Source of the DNA: Octopus vulgaris
Lineage: Eukaryota
Length of the DNA: 64,000 nucleotides
Assembly (NCBI GenBank): GCA_951406725.2
Contig: OX597823.1
Coordinates: 109,182,001 to 109,246,000 of the forward strand
Direction of reading: 5' to 3'
Shown: positions 54,592 to 64,000 of the stretch, piece by piece
How positions within the stretch are numbered: position 1 is the stretch's first letter
How the letters are laid out: the number at the start of each line of letters is the position of its first letter
Made by a program: the position numbers and the translations under genes
Notes under the pieces: generated by a model
Databases searched by the model: none
Told to the model about the DNA's origin: nothing
Seen by the model: the letters and a program-made list of their open reading frames with translations, nothing else

Positions 54592-54970
54592 TATATTTAC
54601 ATATATGTATATACCTATATAAGTGTATTTATGTGTGTGTGTATACATATACTGTATATATATATATATATACTGTATATATATAATTTAATTCTTAACC
54701 TATGCTACGGCAAGAAACCCCCAAATGGGCACCAATATCGAATTCTTTCCATCACCGAAAGCCACTCACAAAAGAATTCCTATTTAAAAGGTGTTAACAC
54801 TGGTTTTGCACCAGCATGGCCACAGCTTTTATGCTGTAAGCCATAAAAGGACAAACGTATATTCTAAACCAAGTATTCAGCACTGTCGTCTACTTCCGTT
54901 GACAATCTGTACAGTGAAGCACACGTACCCAAACATATATACATACACACACACTAACACACACGTATAC

Positions 54971-55018
<48 letters not shown>

Positions 55019-55026
<8 letters not shown>

Positions 55027-55495
55027 AACAAGTAAAAAATAGAAAATGCTAAAATAATTTTATAGTGAACATTTCAGTACGGTTTCGGTCATTTTGAGAC
55101 CTTTTCAACTGTAACGATTAAATAATTAAATTTAGAAAAATTAGAAGAAAAGTTTTTTAAAAGAATATTTCTATAGTAGTGTTCAGATTTAGGTGGCATT
55201 CTGCCTTTCTCTGACTCCCTTGTTTGCACTTGTGTGTTCGCGAACACACAAGTGCAAACAAGGGAGTCAGAGAAAGGCAGAATGCCACCTAAATCTGAAC
55301 ACTACTATAGAAATATTCTTTTAAAAAAACTTTTCTTCTAATTTTTCTAAATTTAATTATTTAATCGTTACAGTTGAAAAGGTCTCAAAATGACCGAAAC
55401 CGGTACTGAAATGTTCACTATAAAATTATTTTAGCATTTTCTATTTTTTACTTGTTTTTTCATATATATCAACTCGTGTGTTCCTTTTCACCCTT

Positions 55496-55499
<4 letters not shown>
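55019..55499. mobile_element. ~450-bp spacer-less palindrome (centre 55240/55241) with ~30-bp one-sided extension, Penelope-like
   Basis: ...TGTGTGTTCG|CGAACACACA... The arms differ only by three 1-nt indels. Embedded in (TA)n. Confidence 0.85.
55371..55408 (+). ncRNA. Minimal hammerhead motif with U3-A8 core variant
   Basis: CAG-TTGAAAA-GGTC-TCAAAAT-GACC-GAAACCGGT-A-CTG. The mirror copy at 55075-55111 (-) lacks one nt in stem III. Confidence 0.62.
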
Positions 55500-55532
<33 letters not shown>

Positions 55533-56537
55533 TACATATATATAGTAAGAAAATACACATATATTATATGCGACTGTGTGTATGGCTGTGCGTGTACTCA
55601 CAAAATACGGCTTAGAAAATTTGTGAAATAGGTTTTTAAAATGATCGAATCAATAAACACTATACAAAAATCTCAATCACCAAATAATGAGAAATAGCTA
55701 CTTAAATGTTGATTCTGTTGAAATAATTTCATTGTTAACAACTACTTTTATTGATTGTCAGTCACCTTTCTCGTTTATTTTTCATTTGAATAGCAATACA
55801 ATAGAATATGTTGATACAAGAATGTGCGAGTATACATTAATACATATGTATAATCATACACATACATACATATTTTACACACACACACACACACGCACAT
55901 GATGTTCAATCTCATCTATTTTCACTGGCATGACTCGAAGATCATCCTTATTTATACATCGTCAGACGACAGTGAAATGACGGGGAATTTTTTCGCAGTT
56001 ATAAAATATTTGAAAAGAAATGTAATTGCTACTTGGTTGAGAATTGTCTTGTTTAGGAATTAAGGTTGGAGTTGATTGCTCGTTCATCTTGTTTTGTAGA
56101 GAAAGTAAATTTTGAGTTTGTGTATTGTAGTACGAATTAGGAAGAGGAACGAATGATGTGTGGTTGAAGTTAAATGCGGAATATATTGTAGTTAAGGTAT
56201 AAATGTGTAGTGATAGGGCTTATGTTTTATAGGTCTATATTGATTACTCTAAGTTTCAATTATGTTGAGAAATGTGGTGTGTATTGGAAAGAGGCTTTAT
56301 TTATGTAACCGAACAATCAACGGCATAGAATTCTCAAATTGTTCAAGAAATATAAAATCGCAAATGCAATATAGATACGAGATCTGAGTCAGGTTTTATA
56401 ATAATTCGCAGGGCCCGAAGTATTGCTTTAGGATACATGGCATATTTTATAAATAAAGCCTGTTCAAGTACCATAACAGCATGAAAGTACTTGCTGCTCT
56501 TTAGTTGTGTATTTAATTTCACACGCACAAACACACA

Positions 56538-56586
<49 letters not shown>

Positions 56587-56738
56587 GAACACACACACAC
56601 ACAAGCACACACACATATTAATGCATGTTTTTATGTTCTATTGTAATAAAAACAATACTACATTAATATGAAGAGTTACTCTTAACTTTGGTGAGTGCAA
56701 ATACTTCGAAGTCGAAGTCTTAACCAGTGAAGCCATCG

Positions 56739-56782
<44 letters not shown>

Positions 56783-56888
56783 TAGATAGATAGATACATA
56801 GATAGATAGATATAGATATACATATACATATATATATATATACACATATACATATATATACACACATATATATATACACATATATATG

Positions 56889-56922
<34 letters not shown>

Positions 56923-57989
56923 CATGTTTATATATATATATACATGTATATATATATGTATGTATATATATATGTATATATATATATATGCATACATACA
57001 TACATACATACATACACACAAAATTACATGTACATATGCATGATGACCTTTAAATACTGACGATGGAAGGAATATGTGACGTACCAGTCATTATGACCAA
57101 CCTATTTGCATGTTGGATTCGAGAGATGATGATGTGTAAAGGTTGCTGAGTGGGGAGCGTGTTGGATGAATTTCATATTCTAGAAAACACTGCTCTTCTA
57201 CGCCGGAGTATATTATTAGAAAGTCTCACGACCGCAAGGAAGAATATGTAAAATATATTTTAAATATTATATACCCAAGGTTCATGGAACTTCCGTTCGT
57301 TGTCATACAAAGCATGCAGACCATTAGTTGTACATGAAGGAAAAGAAAAGACAGACAGCTTCGGAGTTGTCCTTGCAAAACGAGTATTTTGGTATGTGAT
57401 CGTGTGCTGAAAAGAAAGCGATTGCTGTTCGGAAGACACAAGTTAGACATTCAGAAAGAAGATACAAAAGCTTTTTATGGTATTTTCATCGCATGAAATT
57501 GCGACTTATTCACTGAGAAAAGGGATACACTTGGCTATGCCAGTAAAACAATGCAAACTTCGATAACCAAGAAAACCGTGTAAAATAATACTTGCAGGAA
57601 GTGTAGGTAATTATAGAATATATGACAGAGGGCAAATAGTACGGACATTTGTTACTATTTGCACGCCCGCAGAAAACCATCGGCACTAAGAATAGGAATA
57701 ACGCAACAGCAAAATATATACTAAGAACAGTAGCAAATGGCGCAAGCACAATAACAGCCGGGAATTGCCTGTTTGGGACAACTACAGACGTACAAACTTC
57801 AAAGCTGTCTGAGATGCACACATGTCAGTGAAACCCACAAGCTTTCATTTTGTGATCACCCATTGCCGGTTTAGTGGGCTTGTATCGAGCAGCTATCGTT
57901 GCATTTAGGACGAATATGGCTATTAGCAGATTCCATTGTGAGAGTTGGCCTACTATTTTCTTTGTCATGGAAAGGCAGTTAGATTTCTT

Positions 57990-58709
57990 CATGGTTTCCA
58001 TCATCCTTTTATCAACTACAACAATGTCTGGTCCCCGAGCGTCAATCACCGAATAACACTAGATTTCAAAACCCAACAAGATCTTATGTGCATTATTCTC
58101 GATGACGCCCACTAGATTTTGCTCGAACCATTTCAATATCCTTTCAAGACTCTACTTCTCACACAATCTCCAGTGAACATACATAATTATCAGGCCTTCT
58201 TTCGAACTGGTTCTGAGTCAATTTGCTACACTCAGTCACAATATGTGAGACTGTTTCATTTCTTATGCCAATCAATCCTACAAAGGCGCGATTTGCTACT
58301 CTTACCTTCTTGGAACTTGGTGTAATTAGTTTTTAAAGCTTGTTCTTGAAGTGATTCAAATTTATTCCACTTTTCAAGGTGTGTCCTGATGTTGCCTTCT
58401 ATGTGTGTGTGTGTGGAGGGAGAGATCATAGAACACAAGAATGGTGACAGGCTATCTCCTTGAAATATGCCTCTCCTGATTCTTTTTCTTTTATTCTTTT
58501 ACTTGTTTCAGTCATTTGACTGCGGCAATGCTGGAGCACCGCCTTTAGTCGAGCAAATCGACCCCAGGACTTATTCTTTGTAAGCCCAGTACTTATTCCA
58601 TCCGTCTCTTTTGCCGAACCGCTAAGTGACGGGGACGTAAACACACCAGCAACGGTTGTCAAGCAATGCTAGGGGGACAAACACAGACACACAAACACAC
58701 ACACACACT

Positions 58710-58772
<63 letters not shown>

Positions 58773-59260
58773 GACAGGCTTCTTTCAGTTTCCGTCTACC
58801 AAATCCACTCACAAGGCATTGGTCGGCCCGGGGCTATAGCAGAAGACACTTGCCCAAGATGCCACGCAGTGGGACTGAACCCGGAACCATGTGGTTGGTG
58901 TTAGCAAGCTACTTACCAGACAGCCACTCCTGCGCTCCGCATGATGCTAACCATGTATTCAAGTTCTTCATTGATTTCCTGATCACATTCAGAATCTTAT
59001 CAGACACCAATACCAACGCAAGACTTCCTAAAATTCAGGAATGGGGGAACAGGTCGTAAGTTATCTTGTAACCGGTCCAGTCCATAGTCAGATTAGTATG
59101 TCTTTTCTTACAGTTGTTGGGCACAATTCTGTATATCAGAAGTTGGTCTTTTAACCCTCGGCTTTTCCTCTTTCACTCCGTCTTTTCAACTGGCCGCTCG
59201 TCATTCATTTCAAAGAAGTCGTACACACGATTAGATATTATTCCTGTTGTCAGTATCACA
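57990..59260 (-). mobile_element. Old R4/Dong LINE remnant (RT, CCHC and RLE endonuclease), interrupted by a SINE and internally deleted
   Basis: Minus-strand peptides KSRGLKDQLLI...KKRHTNLTMDWTGYKITYDLFPHS (~59050-59170), RRGIFQGDSLSPF (~58435-58480), QEQALKTNY...LCRI, ETVSHIVTECSKL and IDARGPDIVVVDK. Confidence 0.8.
58482..58934 (-). mobile_element. SINE family A
   Basis: Full-length reverse-complement match. Confidence 0.92.
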
Positions 59261-60712
59261 TCAGGAGAGTTGTTGTCGTTGTAGTTGTTGTTGTTGTTGT
59301 TGCTGCTGCTGTTAGTGTTGTTGAGATTGTTGTTGTTGTTATTGTTGTTACTGTTTTTGCAATTGTTATTATCGTTCTTGTTGTTTTTGTTATTTCCGCG
59401 ACCTGAAAGTCTCTTTGAGGCTCCGTGAGTTTCTCTCTTATTTCTGTGTTATTTTCACAGATTTTACTCTTGTTTAATTTATTGCTTTGTCTAACCACTG
59501 AGCCAACTGGGACTCTAAAGGAATACTCGACTACCTTCTTTGTTTATCGAAAGTGACAGAATATTGAAGGGAAAAGTATTTGATTTCGAATCAAAATAAA
59601 ATTCTCAAATGGCTTCCTTTATTTTCTTCTTGCTGGCCAGCCAACAAAAGAGGCTGGTGGCAGAAAATTTTCAAGATGATCGAGTTATTTGCAGCCAGCG
59701 CTTCCTTCCACAGATCACCGCCACAGGAAAATGACCAATAGGAAAATAAACATCAACAATATCAACAACAGTAATACAGTAGCAATAACAGCAACAACAA
59801 AGACAACCTCAACAGCGATAACGTTCCACAGAAACTGGCAGCGGCAGGAAAATTGTAGCCGTAGCCCGGTACACCATTACACGGGGAGTGATTTCAATAC
59901 CACTGCTACTACTCCAGTTACAACAAACTCTAAGAGCTTTAATGGAGACACTTATGTCCTTTTTGTAAAATCTCAGAAAATAATTAAAAATTCACATTTT
60001 TTATCAAATTATTTTGTTATATTTGTCTATCTATCCAACTGTAAGCATTTTAAATAGTTCACTAACTTTTTTGTTATAACTTGGCAAAAGGGTATATTTT
60101 TTGCCAAAAATTGCTAAATTTGTTCCCACAGTCTTCTTTATCCACAACCAGAATCGTAAACTTTCTTTTAAAAATAATAATGCAATAAGCAGTAGCAGCA
60201 GCAACAGTGAAAAAGTTAGCAAGAGCATTAGATGAAGGTCACTCGCTGTTATTGCAAAAACTTTTGATAGAGTCCCACTGGACAAAAACATAGAAGCGTG
60301 GAAAAAACTGAACGATACATCAGCACAAGAAGAAGAAAAGTTACCTCAGCGAACATAGAATATCATTGGTATACAGATGAATATCGTTGAAGAGATATAG
60401 ATTGAAACGAAGCAAGCTGGTTCATAGAATTTGTCACACGTGCCAGCGAATATGAGTCGGAGATTTTGGAGTAGCAGCACTTTAGTGTTTCACACAAGAG
60501 TCAGGTTGTTAGATTGATAATAATTTACCTGAGACAGAGAGTGATTAGGATAAAAATTGCGAACATTCCATCAAAACTAGAATTTTGCTAGGTGATGTTT
60601 GTGTGTTTGTAGCGTATGTGTGTACATCTATATGCATTTGCCTACATATGATGTTACTGTGTCTGTACGTGTGAGCATGAGTACTTATGTATATATGTGT
60701 AAATCTATACAT

Positions 60713-60716
<4 letters not shown>

Positions 60717-60785
<69 letters not shown>

Positions 60786-60874
60786 TATATATAGATATGT
60801 TTGTTTATTAGCCACACAAGGCTGAATACAGACGGGACAAATTACAAGGTAGAGCTTTTCTTTTTGGGGAGAAA

Positions 60875-60968
<94 letters not shown>
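60717..60968. repeat. (GA)n and (TAGA)n microsatellites
   Basis: Tracts at 60717-60779 and 60877-60968, seen directly. Confidence 0.9.
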
Positions 60969-62365
60969 GTAAAGTACACTAATTTGGTTTTCGAAATAGG
61001 AATTCAATCTGTTTATCAAATTAGTATATAAGTGGATTACACATGAAGTCTAAACGTTCAGGATAATTCTACTCCGTTTCCATTGGAATACTCAACCGAT
61101 TACACGTTAACTCACTGAGTATTCAGATCAAGTGATCGAGTCATTGTTACACTCATCATCGAAACAGATGGAGATCCATATATACGCACGTATAGATGTA
61201 TGCATATGTGAATACGTGTATATGAAGATACAAGTATGTGTAATTATGTCTGTATGTGTATATAAAATGTGGATTAAAGGAAGTGTAACTGAAACATGTG
61301 AAGGTCATTGAGATTATATAAAACATATTTCTGGTTATTGCTTTGCTTTCGTATATGTTGACGCTTTTTTGTAATTATATTTCCATGCTGGTCTTTATTT
61401 GTTACCGTTTATATTTGTGTTTAATTTTGACATCATTCTAACAGCCGTAAATGGTGTTTATTCTTGTTTTACCTTGAGGGATGCGGTGCACTTAGGAGCG
61501 TTGGAAATCGGACAGTAGCAACAAAAACAACAACAACAACAAGGACGAAGACAGGCGACAGTAACACTAACGGAAGAAGAGCCAGCAGGAAGAACTGCCA
61601 AAAAAAAAAAAAAAAAGGGCTGGAAGGAGGACAGTAGGAGCAGACGCAGAAACTTCTATGCATCATCATTATCATCATCATCACTATCAGCATCATCATC
61701 AATGATAACAAAAGGAACAACGTCTTTAAAAGCAGCAACAATATTAACAATGGTGATAACAGCAGGATAAAAATCATCAACAGCAGGAGCACTGTCAACA
61801 GAACAACAAGACCAATAACAATAACAACAACAACAACAATAAAAGCAAACACTGAAAATAGCACGAATAGTTGCGGTGATGATGATGATGATGACGACGA
61901 CAACAACAACAACAATACGAACGTCGATATCAATGGTGAGATTTCCACAGGAACCGCGAAAATAACAACAAAAATTGAAATAGCAACGAGAGTAATATTG
62001 TGACCAACAGCAGGAGAATCAGAGTTAGCAACAACAAAAAGAACAGCGTTAACAACAACACCATTGAAGAAATATGAAATAGTCCCAAACAGCAACATCT
62101 GATTGAGACACAATAAAACAAACAATAATAAAAGACCCACAGAATCTACTACAAATACTAATAATAATATTAACAACAACAACAACAATAATAACAATAA
62201 TCTTTTCTACTCTAGACACAAGGCCCGAATTTTTTATGTCGCTGTCATAATTTACCGCCAAGCCGTTTTATCGGATTGAAACCCTTATTCTCTCGCTTTC
62301 TGTTGAAGGGATGCATTTCACTTTTCAGGTGATTGTTTTGTTGCTAACTCTCAATGAAAGGAGAG

Positions 62366-62754
62366 TGGTGGAGGCGCAATGGCCCAGTGGTTAGAGCAGC
62401 GGACTCGCGGTCATAGGATCGCGGTTTCGATTCCCAGAGCGGGCGTTGTGAGTGTTTATTGAGCGAAAACACCTAAAGCTCCACGAGGCTCCGGCAGGGG
62501 ATGGTGGTGATCCCTGCTGTACTCTTTCACCACAACTTTCTCTCACTCTTACTTCCTGTTTCTGTTGTACCTGTATTTCAAAGGGCCGGCCTTGTCACTC
62601 TCTGTGTCACGCTGAATATCCCCGAGAACTACGTTAAGGGTACACGTGTCTGTGGAGTGCTCAGCCACTTACACGTTAATTTCACGAGCAGGCTGTTCCG
62701 TTGATTCGGATCAACCGGAACCCTCATCGTCGTAACCGACGGAGTGCTTCCTTC
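62366..62754 (+). mobile_element. SINE family B head with tail type 1, 14-bp TSD
   Basis: Head GGAGGCGCAATGGCCCAGTGGTTAGAGCAGCGG...GGTTTCGATTCCCAG. TSD CAATGAAAGGAGAG (62352-62365) / CAATGGAAGGAGAG (62755-62768). Confidence 0.88.
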
Positions 62755-62940
62755 CAATGGAAGGAGAGCTCAGTAAGCTTGCGTTGCGGATACGCAGACT
62801 CACGCTGACGGTGCTTCACCTACAGAGTTTTCTGGATGGTGAGCAAGTGTTGCCTCTTTATGTAAGGCTCATTTTCTGCACCACATCTTTTTGCCAGAAC
62901 GACAGACCGGGTTCTTGAATAAAACTAAGTCTGATATACT

Positions 62941-63351
62941 CTTTACGCTTTTACTTGTTTCAGTCATTTGACTGCGGCCATGCTGGAGCACCGCCTTTAA
63001 TCGAGCAACACGACCCCGGGACTTATTCTTTTTTTTGTAAGCCCAGTACTTATTCTATCGGTATCTTTTGCCGAACCGCTAAGTAACGGGGACGTAAACA
63101 CACCAGCATCGGTTGTCAAGCAATGCTAGGGGGACAAACACAGACACACAAACACACACACGCACATACATATGTATATACATATATACGACGGGCTTCT
63201 TTCAGTTTCCGTCTACCAAATCCACTCACAAGGCTTTGGTCGGCCCGAGGCTATAGTAGAAGGCACTTGCCCAAGGTGCCACGCAGTAGGACTGAACCCG
63301 AAACCATGTGGTTGGTAAACAAGCTACTTACCACACAGCCACTCATGCGCC
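62941..63351 (-). mobile_element. SINE family A
   Basis: Full-length reverse-complement match. Confidence 0.92.
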
Positions 63352-63419
63352 TATCTTAGATATCAGGAATAACGCCAGGCTCTTTGTAGCTTCTACCAGT
63401 CGAACGATGCGCCGGTGTA

Positions 63420-64000
63420 ACTTTCACTTTAAAACATGTAGAAGACTAGTGGTGGATAAGTGTGAAGACGTTTAGCATCGAAAGGAAAGATGGGGGTGAT
63501 CTGTATCTTTTCCTCAGCTTTGTTTAATATTACTGGTAAAGGAATCAAAGAATATTGCTATATTTCTTGCCAAAAAAATACACGCACTATATATCCGTTT
63601 GTTCTTCACTTGTTCATTATTGTTCTTATTTTATCTTATATCTATCGTCTGGAAATTTTTCGTCACACATCTGTAACCTCTTCAGCGACTGAACAATATT
63701 AGAGTGAAGCTGACTTTTGAAATATTCCCTTTTCTGATTCGTATCTGTTAATCTGAACTCCACAGATGTTACATTTACTTGCCAATGACATATTACATTT
63801 CTTTTTAATTAGCACCTAACCATTCTCGATATTTTTAAAGAGTTCAACTTATCACTTGATCGACAAGTGTGGGACTTGGTAGCAAACTTTTCTATAATCG
63901 ATCCACGCAATCATAAATTTGTCATTTGTTTCCCACGATTTTTCAATACCATTTTGCCAGTCACTTGTTAGTCTCCTAATCCTCTGCTCTTTCACCACAG
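63420..64000 (-). mobile_element. Very old R4/Dong RT remnant
   Basis: Minus strand gives FMIAWIDYRKVCYQVPHL and IRKGIFQ-like segments, with many stops. Confidence 0.55.

Noticed and set aside
57075-57230. Possible R4/Dong C-terminal remnant (VPVI...LENTALL)
   Set aside because: Too degenerate to call.
61469-62197. 242-aa hydrophobic ORF
   Set aside because: Antisense translation of an (AAC)/(ATC)-rich low-complexity tract.

Overview
AT-rich, microsatellite-saturated eukaryotic non-coding DNA. The repeat landscape (tRNA-derived SINE families, R4/Dong LINEs, very dense (TA)n/(TAGA)n/(AAT)n tracts) most resembles an octopus or other coleoid cephalopod genome; this is an inference. I found no credible host protein-coding exon, and almost all ORFs in the track are microsatellite or SINE read-throughs. 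Supported features: one tRNA-Asp(GTC) gene, three or four R4/Dong LINE fragments (one fairly intact RT), about 12 copies of one SINE family plus several other SINE families, a 1.24-kb solo LTR with a 4-bp TSD, decayed mariner/pogo/Tc1 elements and a non-autonomous Helitron. The most interesting signal is a set of fold-back or tandem elements sitting in (TA)n tracts, at about 8.6-9.3 kb, 28.9-29.2 kb, 41.7-42.1 kb and 55.0-55.5 kb, plus remnants. They carry minimal type I hammerhead-ribozyme motifs with palindromic stem III, the architecture known for Penelope-like element pseudo-LTRs. Several have a compensatory U3-A8 core variant (TTGAAAA). A decayed HDV-like ribozyme candidate lies at the 5' end of an RTE-like element. 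All ribozyme folds were made by eye and their activity is untested.
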